Below are positions 11,081 to 22,357 of a DNA stretch of 32,634 nucleotides, piece by piece. This DNA comes from Octopus bimaculoides. Lineage: Eukaryota. The position numbers were made by a program, and so were the translations under genes. Position 1 is the first letter of the stretch; each line of letters opens with the position of its first letter. The stretch covers positions 12,299,091 through 12,331,724 of the forward strand of contig NC_068993.1 of assembly GCF_001194135.2 (NCBI RefSeq). The letters are read 5' to 3'. The notes under the pieces are model-generated. The model was not told the origin of the DNA. It did no database searches and saw only the letters and a program-made list of their open reading frames with translations.

Positions 11081-11956
11081 GTATGTATATATATATATTA
11101 TGAAAAGCGTACATATATGCTATCAGTTTTTCCTTTACTCTTCTTTGTCACTGTCTGTCTGTCTTTATCTCTCTTAACCCACCCCTCTCGCTTTCTCTCT
11201 CCCGTGCTCTCTCCTTCTCTCTTTACCTCCCCCCTCTCTCTCTCTTTAAACCGTATATCTATGGTTATGCTGCGGGATAAAGTACTTCGTTAATAATTAG
11301 ATAGCTGTTAATGTACCTAATACAACGACCTAATAAAATATAATTAATCAACTTACACCTAAGTTGCACTGTACTATACTGGTATATGTATATGTACTCA
11401 TAAACATTTAGGTTCCTTGGTTATTTAATTATACTGTAATATATTGCGAGGTGTAACCACTGTTGAATCACATATAGGAAACACTGTTGAAATTCAACAC
11501 TTTTCCAACGTTCAGCGCTTGTTATAATTATCAGTAGAAAATGTGATATAAAACTGATGTCGTAAATCTTAATTGTTAGTAAGGCAGGTCAGCTGAGTAA
11601 TCTATCGCGAAACAACAATATGTATAATTCAGTTTGAAGGGTAGTTTTGTTTTTGTATTCCAGGAATCATATGTAACAAAGATACGTTTGATGTACACAA
11701 GGAAATTTGTGATGCAGTTAAAACGCCTAAATATATCACAAGAAGTTAGGGATGTATATAAAATTGTAAAAGTTTTCCTAAAATTTAACCATATCGTAAT
11801 ATACTATTTGAGGTATTATCAATCACTCAAAAGTGAGAGTTTATTTTTTGTAATCCATTGAAATCCTACATTCAGAGAAATTACAAGAAATATTCAATCG
11901 CATTGTGTGCGTGCGTGTGTGTATGTATGTGTGTGAATATAGGGTGGGTGGGTGTT

Positions 11957-11999
<43 letters not shown>

Positions 12000-12476
12000 N
12001 NNNNNNNNNNNNNNNNNNNNNNNNNNNNNNNNNNNNNNNNNNNNNNNNNNNNNNNNNNNNNNNNNNNNNNNNNNNNNNNNNNNNNNNNNNNNNNNNNNNN
12101 NNNNNNNNNNNNNNNNNNNNNNNNNNNNNNNNNNNNNNNNNNNNNNNNNNNNNNNNNNNNNNNNNNNNNNNNNNNNNNNNNNNNNNNNNNNNNNNNNNNN
12201 NNNNNNNNNNNNNNNNNNNNNNNNNNNNNNNNNNNNNNNNNNNNNNNNNNNNNNNNNNNNNNNNNNNNNNNNNNNNNNNNNNNNNNNNNNNNNNNNNNNN
12301 NNNNNNNNNNNNNNNNNNNNNNNNNNNNNNNNNNNNNNNNNNNNNNNNNNNNNNNNNNNNNNNNNNNNNNNNNNNNNNNNNNNNNNNNNNNNNNNNNNNN
12401 NNNNNNNNNNNNNNNNNNNNNNNNNNNNNNNNNNNNNNNNNNNNNNNNNNNNNNNNNNNNNNNNNNNNNNNNNNNN
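12000..12476. other. Assembly gap flanked by (TA)n
   Basis: Run of N with (TA)n on both sides. Confidence 1.
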
Positions 12477-12513
<37 letters not shown>

Positions 12514-12667
12514 TTTTGAAGGTTAGCTATAAATATTAAACTAGTAAATATATATATATATATGTGTGTGTGTGTGCATGCAAATGTATGTATATATACA
12601 TACATATATCTGTGTATGTGTGTGTGACCTTGTGTGTGTATTTATGTATTAGATTATATTTACTCAT

Positions 12668-13075
12668 AATATGAGAGAATACTAGTGGAATGCTCCTGTC
12701 AAAAACTCTATAAAAGCTAGGCATAACAGAGCAGACGTAATGATCTGGGACCAAGAATAGAATGGGCTCATTCAAGTAGAAATAATTAGCTCAGCAGATG
12801 TTAAACAGAATGTTAAAAAATTGAAAACAAAAACAAGAAAACAAAAGAAAACTTTGTGCGGAACTAATTAGAGTTTTCGCAGACACTAGACCCAGACTAT
12901 AACTTTAGAATAATGCCTGTGGTTAGTGGAGCACATGATTATGTAACTGCATCAGCACCAGTCTTGAGAATCCGGGTTTCACAAAACCAAATATGACACA
13001 GCTAATTAGAGAATTATAATTATGAGATATTAATTAATTGTGAAATATGCAAAACGTTCTACAGTTTTAGCCTAT
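12668..13075 (+). mobile_element. Decayed 3' end of an RLE-clade (R4-like) non-LTR retrotransposon
   Basis: Manual translation with stops and frameshifts gives EY*WNAPVKNSIKARHNRADVMIWDQE*NGLIQVEIISSADV...DPDYNFRIMPVVSGAHDYVT...EICKTF. This matches the HNRPD-x-x-x-WD...VE-I-S-C-P-A-D layout of a PD-(D/E)xK restriction-like endonuclease domain. Confidence 0.75.
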
Positions 13076-13538
13076 GGTACGTACATATATGTACACATAT
13101 AGAACCATAAACACAGACTCACATACACGAAACCACAGGCACGTACACCCTCGCACTCACAAACACTTATTTGCTTATGCAAATACATCCATAAATGCTC
13201 GTTAAAAATAATCCATACAATGATATATGCATGGATCCACAAACACATATGCGTGGACAGACACATAAGTACGTCATAATGTCGATGTTTCCCAAATTCC
13301 AACGAGAGCATATATTTTGAGGATGGACACAATATTAGCATTATCCTGCGTTTGAGAATAAAAAAATAAATATTACTTTAACTTCCTAAGACATGTCAAC
13401 GCTTCTAAAGCAATATTTGTTTAATTTCATCGAAATATACGATCCTCCAGCGTATGCTTGTATGCATGCACGTATATATACATGTATGTAGATATGTATG
13501 TATGTATGTGTGCATATATGTTTGTATCTATCTCTCTA

Positions 13539-13575
<37 letters not shown>

Positions 13576-13629
13576 CTATCTCTCTCTCTCGATATATATA
13601 TATATATATATATACATATCCAGGTACGT

Positions 13630-13691
<62 letters not shown>

Positions 13692-13970
13692 NNNNNNNNN
13701 NNNNNNNNNNNNNNNNNNNNNNNNNNNNNNNNNNNNNNNNNNNNNNNNNNNNNNNNNNNNNNNNNNNNNNNNNNNNNNNNNNNNNNNNNNNNNNNNNNNN
13801 NNNNNNNNNNNNNNNNNNNNNNNNNNNNNNNNNNNNNNNNNNNNNNNNNNNNNNNNNNNNNNNNNNNNNNNNNNNNNNNNNNNNNNNNNNNNNNNNNNNN
13901 NNNNNNNNNNNNNNNNNNNNNNNNNNNNNNNNNNNNNNNNNNNNNNNNNNNNNNNNNNNNNNNNNNNNNN
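13692..13970. other. Assembly gap flanked by (TA)n
   Basis: Run of N with (TA)n on both sides. Confidence 1.
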
Positions 13971-14014
<44 letters not shown>

Positions 14015-14034
14015 ATGTATATATGTAAAACAAA

Positions 14035-14262
14035 TAATAAATGAGTATATGCATATATACGTACAGGTATGTGCATACTTACGTCTACCTGTATATATAG
14101 GTGCATATATGGGTACAGGACATTGCAAACAAAACGTAGACAAAAAATAGTAATAACCGGAGTACAGAAAACACACAGGCCACATAGAGGACATTTTCCT
14201 TCATCAGCTACCCCCATTCTAACACAGGCGTTTCGAAGAGTAATATATAAATATTCAGGTAC
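14035..14262 (-). repeat. Unclassified interspersed repeat carrying GAAAC and CTGATGAAGG motifs (possibly PLE-related)
   Basis: Minus strand has GAAAC (14234-14230) followed by CTGATGAAGG (14207-14198), plus an imperfect hairpin at about 14047-14109. Repeat status rests on family recollection only; there is one copy in the window. Confidence 0.35.
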
Positions 14263-15109
14263 ATACATACATACGTACATACAAATACACACACACCATG
14301 GCTGTACCTTGTTTAATGCATGCCTTTGTATGATTTTCGTCCAATAACAGCATAGATGTGGAGAGGATAACACCTCTTGTAGCAGATGTTAAACCAGAGG
14401 TTTCCTCCACCCTGGTTCGATGTATCACACTGTCAACAGTTAGGTGGCTTTTGACTCCACCTTGTTTATCTACCGTTTGAAAGGTTCTGTGTTTCTTCCT
14501 GCAGCATATGTCAACGAAAACCACCCTCCTTACCATGCAGGTTTGGTAGGGTTGCGTTTTTAGTCCTTCATACCTTAATCCTCCCTCTCCATGGGATGTT
14601 GTATAGGTTTACACGATACTAGTAGCACTATGATTGATCTGATCTATACACATGCATACATACATTGATATATACATAAATACAGAAACGTGAAGATTCT
14701 CAATATGAGATCTTAAAATGAATGAACGCAATGAAATACGTTCATATAACACACACAATTATTTGCCTAGTGTACTCAGCTACGAGACAGACATGAAGTG
14801 GTTGCGAATAAATCCACACAACTATTCTGATAGATATTCGCGCTTGCAAATCACAAATCACTCCGACTCTCTTGAATCAAACAAAGAAGAGTTGCCCTTC
14901 TTGAATTGGATTCTACAAGTGAATAAATCAAATTGAAGATACGTCAAAAATTCAAAAATAATCCTCAAACAAGCTATAAAGTGTGTGCGTGTGTATGTAT
15001 GTTTGCGTGTGTGTTTGTATACATACGTATGTGTGCGTGTACATCTGTATGTGGGAGTGTGTATATGTAAAGGGGGAGAGGAGGGAATCAGAAATAATGA
15101 AACATAGCC

Positions 15110-15164
15110 AGACAGATAGCTAAATAGAAAGATAGACAGACAGGTAGATAGACAGACATATAGT

Positions 15165-15263
<99 letters not shown>

Positions 15264-15305
15264 TATATACATACATACACACATACATACATACATACAT
15301 ACATA
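15110..15305. repeat. (GATA)n followed by (CATA)n microsatellite
   Basis: Seen directly. Confidence 0.97.
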
Positions 15306-16774
15306 CGTCGGTAGATCGTAAACAAATACAAACATCGATATCAGTAATAAACCCCTGTACCCCTTGTTCATAACAAACAGACCTTAACGTCCAATAAATC
15401 AAAAGGCAAAAACAGAGAAAGTGATAGAGAGCCAGGGGCAGAGAGGGGCAGAGATAGCGCGGGAGAGGTTGAGAAGACGCAATGTTAGGGACTTAAATAG
15501 CTTTAAACCTTTATTCCCCACTAAACTTCTTTCAATCTGTTGAATAAAAGCAGTTTGTTGTCAGTGGCGCCTTGTGTATTCAGCTGGGCGGGAAAATGTT
15601 TGTTGTGTGACAGACATGTATTCGTGTGGCAAACAAAAGCTATTTTAGTTGTATATTCCAAACTTCAGAATAAAATCTGGCATATGTAAGCTTGTGTTTA
15701 TATATACATTTTAAAGCACGCGCGCGCATGCACACACTCACACGCACACATACAGGTACACATACACCTATGTATTTATTTATGTATGTGTGTGTGTTTG
15801 TGTGAATCCGTACAGACACGTGTGAGTTTGTCCAAGTATGGGTACATAATTGTAACGTGCTTATTTTTCTCGCCTTGCGAGGAAATATTTAGACGTCTTA
15901 TATTTATACAAAATCGATAGAGTATAAACATACAAATAGATACACACACATATATACGATATATTTTGGTATTATTTTATATATGTGCGTGTGTGTGTGT
16001 ACGTGTGTATGTGTGTGTGTGTGCGAGAGTGTGTGCATGTATGTATAAGTGCGTGTAAGACAGAGAATTAGAAAATGAAGGTGCTTACATATACGTATAT
16101 ATATATATATATGAATGTATTCATACGCACACTCACACACACACACACATACAATTATATATATTTATATATATATATATATACAAACATACATATACAT
16201 ACATGCATACATACATACACATGAACACACACGCACTCTCACACAAACATATATATGTGTATTAGCCTATGCATATTTGTGTTTATGTCTACATCGATAA
16301 TCTTCTTTAGTGTAGGGATGTTACGCTTATGTTCTGCATTACCCTGCATATATATGTATATATGTATGCGGGTGTCCCTATGAATACTTATGCATGCATG
16401 AAACAAAGGAAAAAAATAAATACATCAGAACTAGTATACTTTTGCGGAGAATAATGCCGGCATTTTTATAGGTAGTATGAACCTACCTACTTCCTCACAA
16501 TCTATATCCGTACACGGATATATTCTTGTATTCATATATAGATATTTCAATGTTTTTATTCATATACATACACACATTCATAAATATACACTAATACATT
16601 TATGCATTCATATATCCACATGTAAACAGTCAAATACTGAGATGCTGAAATAGATAACAGCGTTGAACAATATGCACATATATGAATAGATTCAGAAATA
16701 TATAAACGTACTTATGAATATGTACATAACTAAATATATGAAAAGATATAAGCATATCTACATACATATACATA

Positions 16775-16822
<48 letters not shown>

Positions 16823-16854
16823 TATATATATATAAAATGTATTTTTTGGCTGAT

Positions 16855-16977
16855 GTTATTATTATTATTATTTATTATTGTTATTTATTCAAGATACTAC
16901 CTGGAACTGAACTCGCTACTTTGGGGTTAGTAGCCCGCGCTCTTAACCATGATGTTATATGCCCAGTGCCTTGAATA

Positions 16978-17029
<52 letters not shown>

Positions 17030-17185
17030 TCAGCAAAAAATACGTTAGGGATGATAACCCAGGGTTGGGTTCAAAATTCTACCAAGACACCTGATGAAGG
17101 TAACAACAAACAAGATGAGGACACATATCCGTCCTATGTAAAAAAATGTAAATAATGTACAGAATTCCTCATCTTTAAAATATAG
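16855..17185. mobile_element. Composite element: tRNA-like head between inverted repeats, (AAT)n, and a tail with a hammerhead remnant
   Basis: Minus-strand tRNA-like head at 16899-16964 (GGTTAAGAGCGCGGGCTACTAACCCCAA...GAGTTCAGTTCCAGG). Inverted arms 16881-16898 and 16965-16982 (16/18 match), (AAT)n 16976-17028, CCTGATGAAGG 17090-17100, 10-bp inverted repeat 17112-17121 and 17166-17175. Confidence 0.65.
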
Positions 17186-17851
17186 AAGGGTGTAAGTAAA
17201 TTCAGCTGAACGCAGGCTCGGTGGCTTATTTCAAAATTATTAATGTAAGTAGTAATAGATGATATGGAGAAGGTGTGCTCAAAACGAAAAAAAAAAATCT
17301 ATTCAAAGAGTATTTATCAGCTGACAACTGAATATAGTAGCGTAACATAAAGATTAATTTCGCTGGCAGATTAATAAAAGTGCTTTATGAATTATTTTGA
17401 CGTTTTGCCAACTGACCTGGATCGGTTTCACGACGTAAAATACGAAAATATTTTGTCAGAATTTATGGTGCATGAAGTAACTTAGGAAGGAGCCAAAACT
17501 TAACAACAAAAGGCTAATCCCGCTCTTTGAACCGGAGAAGTTGCGTGAATGTGATATTTGATATGTATTCTTCACGATAAAATATTTTCCTTGTATTGTT
17601 CATGTTGGTAAATGTATGGATTTGTTTTTGTATGTTTAATACACAGATGAAGGTGCGTGCATGGTCGAAGTGTTACGATGCTAGACAACTCAAGATATAC
17701 ACAGGTGTGTGTACTTTCGTCATTGTTACGTCGTGTTTATGTCCTACAAACATGTATCTCAAATAAACATATCTTAGTACTTATTAATATAAATATATTA
17801 CATAGGTATACCTCACGGGCTATGTTTATGACTAATAGTAAGGAAGAAAAG

Positions 17852-18036
17852 TGTTGTGTCGACAGCCCCAGGCGAAGAAGTAGTATCTCTCAATACATAT
17901 AAATAGAGGTAGTCTGGCCGTCGTAGTGAGTTGAGTAGCAGTCGAGTAGCTGTTGAGTAGCAGTTGAGTAGCAGTTGTGTAGCGGTTGAGTAGAGATCAT
18001 CCGAAGGTGCGGGTAGTAGTAGCTTCAAACATATCA
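17852..18036. mobile_element. Short solo LTR-like element, copy 2 (185 bp)
   Basis: TGTTGTGT...ACATATCA termini; 5-bp TSD AAAAG (17847-17851 and 18037-18041); six 11-bp units and a 17-bp insertion relative to copy 1. Confidence 0.85.
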
Positions 18037-19881
18037 AAAAGCAACCACCAATCGTAGCTCTTTAATATTGACAAGTGCTTTTTTGGTGTACTGTATTGAG
18101 TTCAGTTTAAGTTGGATATAGATATTGCAGGGTGGATTCTGTAAAATTGACGATCACTATAGTAATTCCCTAGGATTCCATTAAAGTAGGCCTCTATATG
18201 CTAGAGACGACATGGTTGCTTAAACGGAACTCTACCGTCTTAAGTAATGGCGAGACGTATAAATAGGACTGGATGTATGACCCCCAAGACTGTGCTGGCA
18301 CGCCTGGAACTCCTTTCCTTATTGGTCTCTGCTTGTTCCATGTGAACCTGGATTTAAATAACAACATTAAACGAAAGAGAAGTCTTTGTGAGGAATTTAT
18401 ACAAACGAGTCCTTAATTCATCATTCATAGAAATTCTTATTAATAATATTGCGTTTTTAAAATTTTAATTAGGTACAAAGCCTCGGATTTGAACGAAGGT
18501 AACAATGAAACACATCGTCTCCAATGTTTTTGACTGGTTCTTTATTTCATGGAGATCAGAAGAATGAAGGATAAATTGAATCTAGCATGGTTTCAACACA
18601 GAACATAAAGATCCATTTATTGAAATTTTAAGATTGCAACTATCCGTTATCGCTCTAAGATTCACGGAAATCACAGAGCAAGCCACATAATGACACATAC
18701 TTACATGCACATGACCGTGATTTTGTAAGTGCTTGTATGTTAGTGGCTGTCCGCACTGTACTTGAATGGATATTGACGATAGCCAGTTGCTATGAAACAG
18801 AGGTTGGTATGGTAATTTAGGTTAAGGATTGGTAATTGGTGGGGAGTGAATGGTGTGAAATTTTCCTTTTACATTTCTAGCAGTTTGAGCACCACTTACA
18901 AATTACAAGTCGTCGTTTCGGTGGCAACTGGTCATGTGATATGCTTCTATCTCTATGGAAACCAATTTTCCACCCAAAGGCATAATTGATACTTCTAAAC
19001 ATGTTTGGCCTTTTCGTTAGATTTTAGAAATAACAGAGAGCAGATAGAACACGACAAGAATAAATTTCAACTACTTCTGCCCATTCTTAATAGAGTTTTC
19101 CAAGTATCTATGCTTTCTTTCGTTATCTTTCACTAGGTAGAGAAAACAATGCATTCGACCCTTTAGTGGGCATTCAATATTGATAATAAAAAGGGGGGAA
19201 GTAAGAAAGTGTAAGTGGAATGTATTGTCACAGCGGAGATATAAGGCACAAAGCAGTGGTGTTTGACCTGGCGAGGGATTAAGCCTACCACTCAGGTAGA
19301 CCATAATGGGAAACGAACACAGGACAGTATAAATATCACCCAGCCTAAAATTTGATATATTTCCGGTTCTGCATAGTTCGTTATTTGCACTTGCTTTTCT
19401 CGAATTTGAAAGATCCATAGACAAAGCTGACTTCATTTTGATTTCAATTCAGAGTAAAATAATCGAAATAAATACCACGGAAGATTCTATCCAAAGTTCT
19501 GAAGAATCTGCCAAGTTGCGGCCTAAAATATAGCTTAACGAAAATCGAAACTAGATAGTAAATTTCATGTCACTATAGAGGTTTATCTCATTTCTAAATC
19601 GCTTACACTAGAGATGGCAATATAATCTTGTATTTTTGTACAGATGCTCTGACATTCAACAATATAACGTTAATAACACACACACTGCGTTTTGCAAATC
19701 TAAATATTAAAAGGGAAAAGGTATGAGAGCATTAAGGACAACTCTAGACTGGATATAACAGAAAACCGATGTAAGAATCAGAGTTTTAGATGGAATTCAA
19801 AATGGGCTTATTCAAAGGATAAGAACGACATTGTGAGCGAAATAAGGAGCGTGCAAAATGAAGAAACAGCGGACGCAAAGA

Positions 19882-19883
19882 TG

Positions 19884-19924
<41 letters not shown>

Positions 19925-19950
19925 GGAGAGAGAGAGTGTGTGTGTGTGAA
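19882..19950. repeat. (GATA)n-(GA)n-(GT)n microsatellite
   Basis: Seen directly. Confidence 0.95.
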
Positions 19951-20256
19951 AAAGAGCGAGAGAGCAGAACAGAGAGAGAGCATGTGTACGGGTGTGAAGA
20001 GTTGGATAGTTAACCAACGGAGGAGGATACAAACAAGTAGATCGTCAGAGAATAATTTTGAATGGTTCAAGGGAATTAGAATTAGAGCATCTCAAAGAAA
20101 GACAGAGCGAGGGAAACTACAGAGAAAGCCAATCACGCAAGGTTTAGCTAGTCACTTAGAACACCACATACACACACACATAAATATACAAATATAAATA
20201 CATATGTGTATGAAAACATATATGTATATGTGTATATATGCTTCTATTTATCTCTC

Positions 20257-20260
<4 letters not shown>

Positions 20261-20340
<80 letters not shown>

Positions 20341-20364
20341 AATGTGGAAAGAGAGAAAAGAGAC

Positions 20365-20400
<36 letters not shown>
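20261..20400. repeat. (TA)n and (TG)n microsatellites
   Basis: Seen directly; (TA)n about 20261-20338, (TG)n about 20368-20400. Confidence 0.97.
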
Positions 20401-20405
<5 letters not shown>

Positions 20406-21474
20406 TTGTACATACAGAGTGATGTGGGGAGAGAGTGAGAGAGTCATAGATTTAGCTAAATTAAGCTAACTTGCATGCTAAGCATTCTACCGAATACAAC
20501 CAAAAACAACAGCACATCCACCCCCATCATCAATATCAGCAGCATCACCAACATCACCAACGCCACAACGCCACCAACTCCACTGCTACCAAATTCCTTG
20601 AATGCAGCAAGAAACAATCCAAATGCTATGGTAGATATCATGAAATCAATGTATTTGCTTGCAATGCAAGGAGTACGTGGTATTTGAATTGCGAAAGGTA
20701 AGAAATAAGGAAAAAGACATCGACTTGGAAATACGGCAACAACTAAATGTCAAGAAGTCCCTACTTTACCATCGAAAAGTGAACACATAGTTACGTATAG
20801 GCATTTTCATCCCATCTATTAGTCGCCGCACCCTCTCTCTCCCTTATTAAACTGTTGCAACACAACGATTCTTAGAAAAGACGCAGCTCCTCTTTCAAAG
20901 CGAAAGTAGGTAGTGGGAGGAGGTATTCTACGTGCTACTCACATTGTTATGGTTATTTCATTTGTTGTTGTTGTTGTTGTTGTTGTTCTTCGTAGATTGC
21001 TTCGTCTTTCTTTTCTTCGTCATGATGAACGTCATCATCGTCGTCATCATCATCATCGGGATCATCATTGATGTAATTCGTTTTCACGGTGCAAATAATT
21101 TATATTGTATGCCCATATGACATTTCGGTAAAAGAGTCGTTATTCAAATCTTCCGAAGTATGTTACATGTGAGTCTATTTTATGCTTCATTTTTCCCTTT
21201 CCACTTGTATCTCTTTTATTCCTTCGAACATTTCTTTATTCCTTTCATTTATTATTCGTTGCTTTCATCTTTTTACTTTTCTTTTCTTTATCTTACACTA
21301 CTCTATTTTATTCCCATTCCTACTCAATTCTCTTTAAATGAAGAGTTGTATGTTCGTCTCCTCCCATAGTTTGTATAATACGCTAAAACGTTCGCCTAAC
21401 CGTTTGTCAGTTAAATCCATCTAGTGTAGTGATAATGAAGACATAGAGTTCGCAGCGACATGAAATAAAACTCT

Positions 21475-21865
21475 GTGCGTGTTGTTGGCACTCCGTCGCT
21501 TACGACGTCGAGGGTTCCAGTTGATCCAATCAGCGGAACAGCCTGCTCGTGAAATTAACGTGCAAGTGGCTGAGCACTCCACAGACACGTGTACCCTTAA
21601 CGTAGTTCTCGGGAATATTCAGCGTGACACAGTGTGACAAGGCTGACCCTTTGAATAACAGGTACAACAGAAACAGGAAATAAGAGTGAGAGAAAGTTGT
21701 GGCGAAAGAGTACAGCAGGGTTCGCCACCATCCCCTACCGGGGCCTCGTGGAGCTTTAGGTGTTTTCGCTCAATAAACACTCACAACGCCCGGTCTGGGA
21801 AACAAAACTGCGATCCTATGACCGCGAGCCTGCTGCCCTAACCACTGGGCCATTGCGCCTCCACT
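21475..21865 (-). mobile_element. Full-length tRNA-derived SINE, family A
   Basis: Reverse-complement homologue of 1750-2133. 11-bp TSD AATAAAACTCT (21464-21474 and 21866-21876), intact A box, perfect 3' stem-loop CGTCG-TAAG-CGACG, CAACAACAC tail. Confidence 0.95.
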
Positions 21866-22189
21866 AATAAAACTCTAAACTACAAAACATTCTATTCTAG
21901 AACTGAAGCTGTTGCCGATTCAGTCTCAATTCTCATTTTGTATAAAAATCTTGACTTTGGTTTAATATAATGCCCTATTATTTGTCCATTTGGTTAAAAA
22001 CAGTTAAACGCTACTGTTACTCGTTATATATCGCACTTTCAGCTTTAGGTCTCTGAGAACTTGACTGTATATTTATTTTCTACGCAGTTTATACTCTTTC
22101 ATTATTGCCTTTTGCAATATTTTCCATTCAAAGTATATCGACGGGAATTTTATACATAGATATCACTCGATTTAATATTTGCTTTCTAT

Positions 22190-22295
22190 ATGGTTTATAG
22201 TTCGAGGTTCAATCCCACTGCATGACTCCATGGCCAAATGTCTTTAGCCTTGTGATTGGATTTGATAGACGGAAATTATAAGAACCTCGTGGTGT

Positions 22296-22357
<62 letters not shown>

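Noticed and set aside
14198-14240. Type II hammerhead from GAAAC followed by CTGATGA on the minus strand
   Set aside because: No stem I can form between a UH site and the core, and stem II is at most three weak pairs.
17930-17995. CRISPR-like array from the GTTGAGTAGC repeats
   Set aside because: The units are contiguous 11-bp tandem repeats without unique spacers, in eukaryotic DNA with no cas genes.
5097-18036. One 12.9-kb LTR retrotransposon bounded by the two LTR-like copies
   Set aside because: Each copy has its own TSD (AAATA and AAAAG), the outer flanks do not match, the copies differ by indels, and no gag-pol, PBS or PPT lies between them.
20465-20697. H/Q-rich, Cys-containing ORF ending at a good donor AAG|GTAAGA, and an overlapping sequon-rich ORF
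   Set aside because: The H/Q and N/T richness derives from a degenerate CAN repeat beside other microsatellites; there is no credible acceptor or ATG in the donor-linked frame and no recognisable domain.
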